From Qipengyuania sp. (GTDB lineage Bacteria > Pseudomonadota > Alphaproteobacteria > Sphingomonadales > Sphingomonadaceae), in contig NZ_JBLYYF010000009.1 of NCBI RefSeq assembly GCF_048550555.1, positions 19 through 64,018 of the forward strand: a stretch of DNA of 64,000 nt, written 5' to 3'. The notes beneath the pieces are model-generated. The model had not been told where the DNA came from, did no database searches, and saw only the letters and a list, made by a program, of their open reading frames with translations. Position 1 is the stretch's first letter, and the number at the start of each line of letters is the position of its first letter. The position numbers and the translations under genes were made by a program. This document shows, one piece after another, positions 17,614 through 27,627 of this stretch.

Positions 17614-19662
17614 TCAGGCAGGGTTGATCTGAATATTACCGACGGCATCGACGGTGGCGACGCAGCCGGTTTCCACCAGCGTAGTCGAATCCATTTCGGT
17701 GATGATGGCGGGGCCGGGGATCGTGTCGCCCTGTTTCAGGCGCGAGCGGTCATAGATCACCGCGGCCTGTTCGCGCCCGTCCATCCATAGTGCGTGGTCG
17801 CGGATCTTGGCAGCCGAGAGATCGCCGGTCCCTTTTTCCAGCTCGGCCGCGGGCAATTGCGGCGCCTCACCCAGCGCCACGGCGCGCAGGTTCACAATCT
17901 CGTGCGGCGTTTCCATGTTGAAGGTGAAGAGACGGCGATGCTCTTCATCAAATCGAGCAAGGATGCCCTCGATGCCTTTCTCGCGCAGGGTCGCTTGGTC
18001 TATCGTGAGCGGCACTTCGAAAGCTTGCCCGGCATAGCGCACGTCGACCTCGAATTCGCTGGTCACCTGGCTTTCGGGGATGCCGTCATTGGTCAGTTCG
18101 GTCCGGGTCTGGGCGGCCATTTCGTCGAGCACCGCGACGAGTTCCTCGACCTTAGTTTCGGTGGCGAGGCGGTTGAAGCTGCGCGCGGTCTCGGTCCGCA
18201 TGCGCGTGGTGGCATCGCCGAGCGCGCACAGCACGCCGGGCGACACCGGGCTGATTGCGGGCCAACTGCCCATCAGCTTGGCGACCGCATTGACGTGCAG
18301 CGGACCTGCTCCGCCGAAGCCCATCAGCGCGAAGTGTCGGGGATCGTAGCCCTGCTGGACGCTGATCATCCGCAGCGCGCCGAACATGTTCTCGTTGACG
18401 ATATCGATGATCCCGCGCGCGGCCTCCATCAACGGAATGTCTAGCGCATCGGCGATGGTCTGGACGGAGCGTTTGGCGCCTTCGCGATCGAGCTTGAACG
18501 CACCCCCCAGCAGATCCTCAGGCAGATAGCCGAGCACGACGTTGGCATCTGTCACGGTCGGCTTGTCGCCGCCCTTGCCATAGGCGACGGGCCCCGGCAC
18601 CGCGCCCGCGCTTTCAGGCCCTACGCGCAATGCGCCGGTGAGTTCAGGGACATAGGCGATAGAACCGCCGCCGGCGCCCACCGTCTTCACATCGAGAGAG
18701 GAGGCGCGGACCGACAGGTGGCCGACCTCGGTCGTCCGTATCCGGCGCGGCTCGAGGTTCTCGATCAGCGCAACGTCGGTCGAAGTGCCGCCCACGTCGA
18801 GCGTGAGGATGTTCTTGAAGCCCGCATTCTTCGCGACCCAGAGGGCTCCCGTTACGCCGCCCGCCGGGCCGGACATGAGGATGTTGACCGGGTGTTCCTC
18901 GGCCTTCTGGCTGCTCATCAAGCCGCCGTCCGAGCGCAGCAGCGACAGCTTGCCGGTGACGCCGGCGTGCTTGAGCTTGGTGCGCAGGTTCGAGACGTAT
19001 TTCCCGACCACCGGCCGCACCGAGGCGTTGGCGACGGTGGAGAGCGTGCGCTCGTATTCCTGCATCTCGGGCAGCACTTCATGGCTCAGCGAGACCGGAA
19101 TATCGGGCATGATCTCCTGCGCGATCTCGCCGATGCGCTGTTCGTTGCGCCCGTCGACATAGGCGTTGATGAGGCTGACCGTGATCGCTTCCACGCCGGA
19201 ATCGCGCAACTGGGTCAGCTTCTGCCGGATTTCCGCTTCGTCTAGCGGGCGAACTTCCTTGCCGTCGGCATCCATCCGCCCCTTGATCGTGACCGTGTCC
19301 TCGAGCGCGGCAAGCGGCTGCGGCTTGGGCCAGACGATCCATGCAGCAAGGCCGCCCGGCACGAAGCTGCGTGCGATCTGCATTATGTCACGATAGCCCT
19401 CGGTCGTTACCAAGCCGACCCGCGCACCCTTGCCTTCGAGCACAGCATTGGTCGCGACAGTGGTTCCGTGGAGGAAGAACTCGATCTCGCCCGGATCGAC
19501 GCCGGCAGCCTGCGTGATCTCGGTGACACCGTTGAGGATGCCTTCCGAACTGTCGTGCGGGGTGGAGGGCGTCTTGTCGCGCCAGAAGCGGCCGGTCTCG
19601 TTGTCGAACAGCAGGAGATCGGTGAAGGTGCCGCCGACATCGACGCCAAGCCGGTAACGCAT
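17614..19662 (-). CDS. hydantoinase A/oxoprolinase family ATP-binding subunit
   Basis: GVDVGGTFTD, HGTTVATNA, DVGGTSTDV, GAGGGSIA. Start ATG 19662. Confidence 0.93.
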   Translation of the reverse strand: MRYRLGVDVGGTFTDLLLFDNETGRFWRDKTPSTPHDSSEGILNGVTEITQAAGVDPGEIEFFLHGTTVATNAVLEGKGARVGLVTTEGYRDIMQIARSFVPGGLAAWIVWPKPQPLAALEDTVTIKGRMDADGKEVRPLDEAEIRQKLTQLRDSGVEAITVSLINAYVDGRNEQRIGEIAQEIMPDIPVSLSHEVLPEMQEYERTLSTVANASVRPVVGKYVSNLRTKLKHAGVTGKLSLLRSDGGLMSSQKAEEHPVNILMSGPAGGVTGALWVAKNAGFKNILTLDVGGTSTDVALIENLEPRRIRTTEVGHLSVRASSLDVKTVGAGGGSIAYVPELTGALRVGPESAGAVPGPVAYGKGGDKPTVTDANVVLGYLPEDLLGGAFKLDREGAKRSVQTIADALDIPLMEAARGIIDIVNENMFGALRMISVQQGYDPRHFALMGFGGAGPLHVNAVAKLMGSWPAISPVSPGVLCALGDATTRMRTETARSFNRLATETKVEELVAVLDEMAAQTRTELTNDGIPESQVTSEFEVDVRYAGQAFEVPLTIDQATLREKGIEGILARFDEEHRRLFTFNMETPHEIVNLRAVALGEAPQLPAAELEKGTGDLSAAKIRDHALWMDGREQAAVIYDRSRLKQGDTIPGPAIITEMDSTTLVETGCVATVDAVGNIQINPA

Positions 19663-20606
19663 CAGGCCAGTTCCTCTTTTCGTTTTGTTTCTGGGCGCGG
19701 GAAGCCGCCCGCCTTGCCCACCATCGCAGGCAGTTGCTTCTCCATGACGCCGGCGAGCCAGCGATTGGTTTCGATCAGCAGGTCGAGGTCGAAGCCGGTC
19801 GCAATGCCCGCCCGCTCGAGCATGTAGACGACGTCCTCGGTCGCGACATTGCCGGCAGCACCGGGGGCGAAGGGGCACCCGCCGAGGCCTCCGATCGATG
19901 CGTCGACGACGGTTGCGCCCGCCCCGATGGCCGCCCAGAGATTGGCAAGGCCTGTGCCGCGCGTGTTGTGGAAATGCACCCGCACGGGAAGGGGGGCAAT
20001 CGCATCGCGAACGCGGGTCACGAGACGCTCGACATGCGCGGGATTGCCGACGCCGATCGTGTCGGCGAGCGCGATCTCGACCGGATCGGCTTCAGCGATT
20101 GCCTCGGCCATGGCAAGAACCCTGTCTTCCGCCACCTCGCCTTCGAAGGGACAACCGAAGCTCGCAGCAATGGTCGCCTGTCCGGTAAGGCCAGCGGCTT
20201 GAGCACGGCGGATGATGTCCTTGGATGCTTCGACCGACCCGTCGCTTGTCTGCCCCTGGTTGGCCATAGCGAAGCGGTCTGTCGTGACCGCGACCGCGCC
20301 GAGCTGGTCGATCCGACCGGTGGCGATCGCCCGTTCCGCCCCGCGCGGATTCATGACGAGGCCGATGAAAGTCACGTCGTCACGCTGGGGCAGTCCCGCG
20401 CAGACCTGCTCCGCACCGGCCATTTGCGGGACCGCTTTCGGATTGACGAAGCTCGTCACCTCGATCCGTCGCGCACCGGTCGCGATGGCCTGCTCGATCA
20501 GCGTCAGCTTGTCGGCGGTTGCAACAATTGCGCGCTCGTTCTGGAGCCCGTCGCGCGGGCTCACTTCGACCATTTCGATCGAGGATGTATACATTTTATC
20601 GGTCAT
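19662..20606 (-). CDS. HMG-CoA lyase family acyl-CoA lyase
   Basis: EVSPRDGLQNE, HFHNTRG, GGLGGCPFAPGAAGNVATED. Confidence 0.92.
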   Translation of the reverse strand: MTDKMYTSSIEMVEVSPRDGLQNERAIVATADKLTLIEQAIATGARRIEVTSFVNPKAVPQMAGAEQVCAGLPQRDDVTFIGLVMNPRGAERAIATGRIDQLGAVAVTTDRFAMANQGQTSDGSVEASKDIIRRAQAAGLTGQATIAASFGCPFEGEVAEDRVLAMAEAIAEADPVEIALADTIGVGNPAHVERLVTRVRDAIAPLPVRVHFHNTRGTGLANLWAAIGAGATVVDASIGGLGGCPFAPGAAGNVATEDVVYMLERAGIATGFDLDLLIETNRWLAGVMEKQLPAMVGKAGGFPRPETKRKEELA

Positions 20607-21283
20607 GCCCCGCGCTTGCGCTCCTGCCTGTCGATTGCAGTGAGGCCACGATGCGCATCTGCGTAGGCGTGGAAGGCGCGGCGGATGTGGCCCGACATGA
20701 TCGAGTTGGCCCACGCGCCGTCCCGGCGCGCGAAGGCGGCGAGCAATTCGTCATGCTCGCCGCATGATCGGCGGAGTTCCTCCGCACCATAGTGATGGGC
20801 GGTCCGCCAGACGACCGGCTGCTCTATCACCGAGGCGAGCAATGAGACCAGCTTGCGCGAACCGGCCGCCTCAATGATCAGTGCGTGGAATTCCTTGTTT
20901 CGCTCGAGGAAGCGATCGACATCGGGCGGGCTGGCCTGGACGGCGTCTCGCAAGTCGGCATTGCAGGCGCGCAGCGACCTGAGGGCCTCGTCGCCCATCC
21001 GCTCGGCGGCGCGCTGCGCGGCATGGCCCTCCAGCATCGCCCGCAGCTCGAATACATCGGCGACATCGTCGAGCGACCAGTCGGCGACGAAGCTGCGCTG
21101 CGTGTCGGTACGGCTTATAAGCATGTCGGCCTCGAGCCTGCGCAGAGCGTCGCGCACGGGCGTTCGGGAGACGCCGCAGCGTTCTGCCAACGCCTCCTCC
21201 CCGAGCGCCCCGCCGGGCGCGAGTTCGCCCGACATGATCATCTCGCGGATGGCGTTGTAGGCGCGATCGGATGCGCGCGACAT
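20603..21283 (-). CDS. GntR (FadR/FCD) transcriptional regulator
   Basis: wHTH LAERCGVSRTPVRDAL and an FCD-type C-terminus. ATG 21283 with an AGGAG RBS. Confidence 0.92.
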   Translation of the reverse strand: MSRASDRAYNAIREMIMSGELAPGGALGEEALAERCGVSRTPVRDALRRLEADMLISRTDTQRSFVADWSLDDVADVFELRAMLEGHAAQRAAERMGDEALRSLRACNADLRDAVQASPPDVDRFLERNKEFHALIIEAAGSRKLVSLLASVIEQPVVWRTAHHYGAEELRRSCGEHDELLAAFARRDGAWANSIMSGHIRRAFHAYADAHRGLTAIDRQERKRGA

Positions 21284-21313
21284 GGTTCTCTCCTGACGGC
21301 TTGACCGACTCGA

Positions 21314-21325
21314 ATTGTATACAAT
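21314..21325. promoter_or_regulatory. candidate GntR/FadR operator
   Basis: Perfect palindrome ATTGTATACAAT in the short divergent promoter region between gntR and the TonB receptor. Confidence 0.7.
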
Positions 21326-21397
21326 AAGGATATTGCGTCGCAAGTCACATTTGCCGCCCGAAAATTTTACCGGGCCGACAGACGGGGAGATTTCCGT

Positions 21398-23914
21398 ATG
21401 CGTTCGTTCAAGACGCTTCTGCTTGCCACCATTGCCGCAAGTCCGTTCACCGCCACCGCAGTTTCGGCGCAGGGGCAAAGCGAAACGGAAGCGAATGAGG
21501 CGGGTGGCGACGTGATCATCGTCACTGCGCGCAGGCAAAGCGAGCGTCTGCAGGACGTGCCGGCCTCGGTCTCGGTCCTTACTGCCGACGCGCTCCAAAA
21601 GACCGGTGCCGACAGTGCCGACGATTTCGCCCAGCTCACGCCGGGCGTGACGATCGTGACCGGTACCGCCGAAGCGGGCGACACGCAGATCAACATCCGC
21701 GGGATCAACGGTGCCCGCGATGCTGAAAGTTCGGTTGCGCTGGTGGTCGACGGCATACTCAAGACCAACACCGCGCAGCTCAATCAGCCACAGGGCACGC
21801 TCCAGCAGGTCGAAATCCTCAAGGGCCCGCAGGGCGCGCTCTACGGTCGGAACGCAGCAGCCGGTGCGATCGTCCTGCAAACCCTAAAGCCGGGCGACGT
21901 CTTCGAAGGCGCCTTGCAAGCATCCTATGCCAACGAGAACACGTTCGAAGCGACCGCCCATGTGGCGGGCCCGATTGCCGAGAATCTGGGCTTTGTCCTG
22001 TCCGGCTATTACCGCACCACCGACGGATTCTATCGGAACACCTTCCTCGATGCGAAAGTCGTCGACGACCAAGAGGTCTGGACCGTCGATGGACGGCTCG
22101 TCGCGGACCTCGGCGAAGCCACAGAGCTCGACGTTAAGGCCCGCTACTCGCAGCTGCGCGGCGCGTCGATCAACTTCAACGCCTCCTTCCACCTGCCCAA
22201 TTTCGCGGCTGTGAATCCGGCCTTCTACGAGGACGTGAACCGCCACGAGTTCAATTATTACAGCAACATTCGCCCGACCAACGAGCAGGACAGCTTCGAC
22301 ATCTCGGCTAAGGTCGAGCACCGTTTCGGCAGTGACCTCGTCCTCACCGCATGGGCGCTTTACTCTGATATCCAGCAAAGTCTGACGGCGGACGGCACAT
22401 CCGCCGATTTCGCACGCTACATCGCCGCCGCCGATCCGGCGGGCGCGACAGCGGTCAATTCCTGCTTCGCAACTACCGCAGCCCTGACCGGCTTCCCGGT
22501 AAACCAGCCTGGTTTCATCGGGCAGATCCCGGTGCCTTTCATCTTCGCTCCCGCCAACGGCTCGACCTTCGGCGCCTACAGCCCTTCGACTTGCGACGGC
22601 ACCCAGCTTCAGACGCGCGACCAGCGCGACATCAGTGCTGAAATCCGCCTCGCCTCGGACAGCGGCGGTCCGTTCAACTGGCAGCTAGGCGTCTATTATC
22701 TCAACATCGACCGCGAGACAGGCGTCAGCCTTGGCGCGGACACCGGCGCAGGTGTCCTGCCGACGCTTTACAACGGTCCGAACAGTTCCAACCCTACCTC
22801 GCTGTTACTCAACGACAGCTTCAAGACTGATGTCTACGCGGCCTTCGGTTCGATCGACTACGAAATCACGCCCGAATTCGATCTCGGCCTCGCCCTGCGC
22901 TACGATATCGAGGATCGCTCGACGGCATCGCTCGTCCCGACCGCCACGGACCCCTTCACCGGCGGTCCGATCAATCCGGGGCAGGCCTTCGGCGCGCTGG
23001 CCCCCAAGGATGCGACGTTCAAGCAGCTGCAGCCCAAGGTCAGCCTGAGCTATCGGCCGATGCCGAACCTCAACCTCTATGCGAATTGGGGAATCGGCTT
23101 CAAATCGGGCGGCTTCAACAACCAAGGTTCATCGACGATCATCGATCAGAACTTCAACCAGTTCATCGGCTCGAACGTCACGATCGAGGACCAGTACCGC
23201 AAGGAAACCTCGAGCGCGATCGAAGTGGGCATCAAAGGCGAAACGGCGGGCGGTCGTCTGACATTCGATCTCGCGGGATATTACACCGAGATCGACGACA
23301 TGCAGTTCTTCGAATTCTTCGTCGGCCCCTTCGGCCTGCTGCGCGTCGTCTCGAACATCGACAAGGTGAAGGTCAAAGGGTTCGAGGCAAACGTCGGCGC
23401 GGAGATCGTCGACGGGTGGAAGCTATACAGTGCGCTCAACGTGACCGACAGCGAGATAACGGCCAACAGCTCTCGGCCCGATACCGTCGGCAACAAGTCG
23501 CCCTATACGGCCGACTGGACGCTCAACATCGGGACCGAGATCGATACGCCGCTCACCGACGCGATCGACCTGATCCTGCGCGCTGACTATCGCCTGACCG
23601 GCCCGACCTGGTTCCATTCGGTCCAGGATCAGGAGCGTCCGACGTTGTTCAGCGGCCTTCTGCCAATCTCGGCGCTGGGCTTGCCGGCGTTCGTCGGCAA
23701 CGCCCGCTACGACGTCGCGCAACGCGACACCTTCGGCGTGCTGAACGTGCGGGCAGGCCTCGACTTCGGCAAATTCAACGCAGCCGTCTTCGCCAACAAC
23801 GTGCTCGACGAAGAGTATCTCAACGAAGTCATCCCGGCCATCGAGTTCGGCGGCTCCTTCATTTCACCTGGCGCTCGGCGGCTGGTTGGCGTGGAACTGG
23901 GATACAAATTCTGA
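21398..23914 (+). CDS. TonB-dependent receptor
   Basis: Signal peptide, IIVTARRQSERLQDVP, VEILKGPQGALYGRNAAAG, C-terminal ELGYKF. Confidence 0.95.
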   Translation: MRSFKTLLLATIAASPFTATAVSAQGQSETEANEAGGDVIIVTARRQSERLQDVPASVSVLTADALQKTGADSADDFAQLTPGVTIVTGTAEAGDTQINIRGINGARDAESSVALVVDGILKTNTAQLNQPQGTLQQVEILKGPQGALYGRNAAAGAIVLQTLKPGDVFEGALQASYANENTFEATAHVAGPIAENLGFVLSGYYRTTDGFYRNTFLDAKVVDDQEVWTVDGRLVADLGEATELDVKARYSQLRGASINFNASFHLPNFAAVNPAFYEDVNRHEFNYYSNIRPTNEQDSFDISAKVEHRFGSDLVLTAWALYSDIQQSLTADGTSADFARYIAAADPAGATAVNSCFATTAALTGFPVNQPGFIGQIPVPFIFAPANGSTFGAYSPSTCDGTQLQTRDQRDISAEIRLASDSGGPFNWQLGVYYLNIDRETGVSLGADTGAGVLPTLYNGPNSSNPTSLLLNDSFKTDVYAAFGSIDYEITPEFDLGLALRYDIEDRSTASLVPTATDPFTGGPINPGQAFGALAPKDATFKQLQPKVSLSYRPMPNLNLYANWGIGFKSGGFNNQGSSTIIDQNFNQFIGSNVTIEDQYRKETSSAIEVGIKGETAGGRLTFDLAGYYTEIDDMQFFEFFVGPFGLLRVVSNIDKVKVKGFEANVGAEIVDGWKLYSALNVTDSEITANSSRPDTVGNKSPYTADWTLNIGTEIDTPLTDAIDLILRADYRLTGPTWFHSVQDQERPTLFSGLLPISALGLPAFVGNARYDVAQRDTFGVLNVRAGLDFGKFNAAVFANNVLDEEYLNEVIPAIEFGGSFISPGARRLVGVELGYKF

Positions 23915-23949
23915 CGAGGAATTCGCCGATAGGTTGGAAGAGAATTATT

Positions 23950-24300
23950 GGTCCAATTGATTTGGGCAAATCTTGTGATGCCCTGCTAATGCCGCGGCCA
24001 TGGCAATCCTTCCCGGTGCGGCGAGCGAGTGTGTGAGAGCGAAGCACGTACCCCACATCCCCAACCTGGGAGACAATCAACGCCTGCCGGGCGGGAACCC
24101 AGCAATTCGGCTTTTCGGTATCCCTTCCGATGGCCCGGAAGAGGCACCGCGATCCGGTGGATTACAGCAACGTCATCGATCCAGATTTCTCGCCGGGCGA
24201 ACACTTCACGATGAATCGGGTCAGGCTTGCGGAAATCGAGGACGAGACCTGCGCCCTTTCTTCCCGACCGTTGCTTCCGGGGGCCACCCATCTGATCGGG
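23950..24300 (-). pseudogene. possible decayed alpha/beta-hydrolase remnant
   Basis: Fragments in shifting frames (GLVLDFR..., RPAGVD..., RLGMWGTCF) loosely resemble the GVDxxRIGLWGTSF nucleophile elbow. Weak evidence. Confidence 0.25.
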
Positions 24301-24490
24301 AAACGTATTCGCACCGCTGGCGGCCTCGCTTGTCCGTTGAAACTCGCACGGACAAATGGAGGCCTCGCGTATCTGGCGCGCATTGACCGCATTCTCGCTT
24401 GGCGTTCTTCAGGCAAATTCGCGAAGCCCTTTGTCGGGCTGCCTCAAGCGACGCATCTCGCCGCGCAAATCGACGCGATCAATCATTCCG

Positions 24491-26155
24491 CTAGCATCCG
24501 AATTTCACGAACTCCAGTTCCGGAAACCCTGCGTCAGCCGATTGATCGAGCCTGTCGTAGTACGCGTTTGCTCCGCCGAAATAGATCAGGACGCGCGGCG
24601 CCTTGTCGTCGCGGTTCGCGCCCATCATCCAGGAATTGACCTCGTCGCCCCGGGCCATCAACGTCTGGTTGTGGATGTCCGCGGTATGCTTGGTCCATTC
24701 GCGCTCGGCCGCGATGCGCGGCTCGAAGACGTCGTATCCTTCGCGCTCCATCTTCTGCACGCAGCGGGCGATCCAGATGACGTTCTGCTCGATCGATGTC
24801 GGCAGGTTGGCAAACGGCGCTTGCGGTCCGGTGATGATGAACAGGTTGGGGAAGCCGGCAACGCAAGTCCCCATTATGGAATCGGACGACTTGCGCCATT
24901 TCTCGTTGAGTGTCTCACCCTCGCTGCCGCGGATCGGGAAGGCCTCGAGTGCGCCCGTATAAGCCTTGAAGCCGGTGGCCAGCACGATGATGTCGAATTC
25001 GTGGTCCTTGCGCGTGGTGCGCAGCCCGGCCTCGGTGATCTCGACCAGGGGCTCCTTGTCTTTGATGTCGACCAGGGTGACGTTGTCGCGATTGAGTGAT
25101 TTCAGGTAGCCTTGGTCGAGCGGCGGGCGTTTGGCGAACAGCGGGTATTCGTCGAGATCCGGTGCCACCAGGTCGGCGGTTTCGGGATCGTCGACCTGTT
25201 CCTTCATCTTGCGCGTGATGAATTCGGAAGCCAGGCGATTGGCCTCGGGATTGGTCAGCAAGTCATCGAAGGTTTCGAAGACCCAGCGGAAGCTGCCCGT
25301 CCAGTTCTCCTCGAACACGCGTTGCACCTCGTCGGGAGCCGTATCTGCGACGGTCCTGCCGGTCGGGCTGTCGAACGCCATTCCGAACGAATGACTGCGG
25401 CATTTCTGCACGATGGCGTCGTAATTCTCTTTGATCTCCTTTTCCCATTCCGAGGTCATCGGTCGCTGCATTGCGGGGAGAATGTAGTTGGGCGTGCGCT
25501 GGAACACCGTGACGCTGGCGGCGGTTTCGGCGAGGACCGGGACCATCTGCACGGTCGTCGATCCGGCGCCGATGACGGCCACCTTCTTGCCCGCATAGTC
25601 GAGGTCCCGCGGCCAGCGCGAGGAATGGAAGATCGGCCCCTCGAAGCGCTCGATGCCCTTGATCTTCGGGATCATCGGCTCCGAGATCATGCCCATCGCG
25701 CTGACGAGATATTTGCAGGTCAGGGTCTCGCCGTCATCCGTCGTGACACGCCAGCATCCCCGGTCGGCAAGGTATTCCGCCTCGACCACTTCGGTGTCGA
25801 ACTGGATGTGAGGCCACATATCGCATTCGTCGGCAACGAACTTCAGATAGGCCTGCGTTTCCTCCCACCCGGGATAGCGTTTCGTCCAGGACCACTTCTG
25901 CAACAGGTCCTTCGAGAAGGTCAGGCAATAGTAATAGCTTTCGCTATCGGTCGCCGCGCCCGGGTAGCAGTTCCAGTTCCAGGTTCCGCCGATATCCTTC
26001 GCGCGGTCGAGTATGCGGACCGACAGCCCCTCCTGACGCAGGTAATGGATCAAGGCCAGGCCCGCGAAACCGGCACCGATCCCGATCGCGTCGAAGTCCA
26101 CATCCGATCCGGTTTTGCGAGTCGCCATTGCCGTACCGAGTTCCTGCGTCGTCAT
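24491..26155 (-). CDS. type I Baeyer-Villiger monooxygenase (cyclohexanone monooxygenase family)
   Basis: Two Rossmann motifs (GAGFAG, GAGSTT), GGTWNWNCYPGAATD, fingerprint FEGPIFHSSRWP, ATGF. ATG 26155 with a GGAG/AGG RBS. Confidence 0.94.
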   Translation of the reverse strand: MTTQELGTAMATRKTGSDVDFDAIGIGAGFAGLALIHYLRQEGLSVRILDRAKDIGGTWNWNCYPGAATDSESYYYCLTFSKDLLQKWSWTKRYPGWEETQAYLKFVADECDMWPHIQFDTEVVEAEYLADRGCWRVTTDDGETLTCKYLVSAMGMISEPMIPKIKGIERFEGPIFHSSRWPRDLDYAGKKVAVIGAGSTTVQMVPVLAETAASVTVFQRTPNYILPAMQRPMTSEWEKEIKENYDAIVQKCRSHSFGMAFDSPTGRTVADTAPDEVQRVFEENWTGSFRWVFETFDDLLTNPEANRLASEFITRKMKEQVDDPETADLVAPDLDEYPLFAKRPPLDQGYLKSLNRDNVTLVDIKDKEPLVEITEAGLRTTRKDHEFDIIVLATGFKAYTGALEAFPIRGSEGETLNEKWRKSSDSIMGTCVAGFPNLFIITGPQAPFANLPTSIEQNVIWIARCVQKMEREGYDVFEPRIAAEREWTKHTADIHNQTLMARGDEVNSWMMGANRDDKAPRVLIYFGGANAYYDRLDQSADAGFPELEFVKFGC

Positions 26156-26198
26156 TTGCCATCCTCTCCACAAATCCAAATATCTCTTGCCGGGTCCG

Positions 26199-27380
26199 TC
26201 AACGTCCCGCCCAACGAGCACCTCCGGTTTCGAATTCTCCAACAGGATCGGGCAGCCCGATCTCGGCCAGCAGGTCCTCGCGGTCGGCGTCACGGCGCCA
26301 CATTCTGGGCGTGACGGCTGGCGTATTCTCGAACCGGGGTGCCGGCTTCGGTTGCACATACCCGTCGGCTTCGCAGAAGATGTCCCGGGCGAGGCAATGT
26401 TCGTGCGCCAAGGCGTCTTCCATCGTGAGGACTTCGGTGAAACAGCAGTCGACGCTCGCCAGTCGATCGATCCAATCTGCGCGCGGAGCGGATGCAAATG
26501 TCTTCGCCAGTCGCGCTTGCATGGTCGGCCACCTCGACCGGTCGTGCTGGTCGGCAAATAGCGGGTCCGCGTCGAGGCCCATCGCTTCGAGAAAACTCGC
26601 GTAGAACTTGGCTTCGATGGCTCCGATCGCGACGAACCGGCCATCGGCGCATGCATAGCACGAATAGAACGGGGCGCCGCCGTCGAGAAGGTTTTCGCCG
26701 CGCGCCCCGTTCCACATGCCGTTGTGCTTGAGCGACCACATTCCGGCCATGAGCGCGGCCGAGCCGTCGGCCATCGCGCAATCGATCACCCGGCCGCGGC
26801 CGTCGGCCCGAGCCGCGAGCAAGGCCGATACGAAACCGAACGCCAGCAGCATCCCGCCGCCGCCGTAGTCGCCGATCAGGTTGAGCGGAGGCGACGGCGG
26901 CTGCGTTTTCGGGCCCAGGGTTGCAAGGCAACCGCTCATCGAAATGTAGTTGAGATCGTGACCCGCCTTGGCCGCCAGCGGCCCGCTTTGCCCCCAACCG
27001 GTCATCCGACCGTAGACGAGAGAGGGCTTGCGCTCCATCATCGCCTCGGGCCCGAGGCCAAGTCGCTCGGCGACGCCGGGCCGAAACCCTTCGATGAGGC
27101 CGTCGGCAGTTTCGACCAGCCTTGCGACGATCTCGACCGAGTCCGGTTGTTTGAGGTCCAGGGTGATGGTCCGGCGCGACCGCAACAGGACATCGCGTTC
27201 CTGGTCCTGCGAGAGCGGGTCGCTTCCGCCCGGACGATCGATCCTGATGACCTCTGCCCCATGATCTGCGAGCATCATCCCGCAAAACGGCGCCGGGCCG
27301 ATTCCCGCCAACTCGATGACGCGTACGCCATCGAGCACCGGTCGCAGCGACGTGTCGTCGAGGTGTTCCGCGCGGCCCAT
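26199..27380 (-). CDS. CaiB/BaiF family enzyme, alpha-methylacyl-CoA racemase-like
   Basis: ELAGIGPAPFCGMMLADHGAEVIRIDRPG, EGFRPGVAERLGLGP, GHDLNY, LLDGGAPFY. Confidence 0.9.
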   Translation of the reverse strand: MGRAEHLDDTSLRPVLDGVRVIELAGIGPAPFCGMMLADHGAEVIRIDRPGGSDPLSQDQERDVLLRSRRTITLDLKQPDSVEIVARLVETADGLIEGFRPGVAERLGLGPEAMMERKPSLVYGRMTGWGQSGPLAAKAGHDLNYISMSGCLATLGPKTQPPSPPLNLIGDYGGGGMLLAFGFVSALLAARADGRGRVIDCAMADGSAALMAGMWSLKHNGMWNGARGENLLDGGAPFYSCYACADGRFVAIGAIEAKFYASFLEAMGLDADPLFADQHDRSRWPTMQARLAKTFASAPRADWIDRLASVDCCFTEVLTMEDALAHEHCLARDIFCEADGYVQPKPAPRFENTPAVTPRMWRRDADREDLLAEIGLPDPVGEFETGGARWAGR

Positions 27381-27542
27381 TCTATTGCTTCGCCTCAATC
27401 CGGTCAGGTCCGCAGGACGAAGGCCGCCGACAGTCCGCTTGCGCCGGTGCAAACACACAACTTCGCAGATGCCGCTGCGCTGCTGCAGGTGCCATGCCAT
27501 CTCTCCTACCACCACCAAACGAAAGCGGGGGCTCTCATCTTA

Positions 27543-27561
27543 TTTGTTAGCGTCTAGCAAA
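27543..27561. promoter_or_regulatory. candidate TetR operator upstream of the racemase-BVMO unit
   Basis: Near-perfect dyad TTTGTTAG-CGT-CTAGCAAA in an AT-rich spacer. Confidence 0.45.
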
Positions 27562-27627
27562 TGTAATATCAAGCGTGAATGCCCGTTGGCGAGGCGGGGT
27601 CAGCCAGGAAACATGAGTGCGCGCAGC

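Noticed and set aside
15708-19662. Hydantoinase-family pair as acetone or acetophenone carboxylase
   Set aside because: The small gamma subunit and other carboxylase subunits are absent, and the neighbouring amidase favours amide chemistry.
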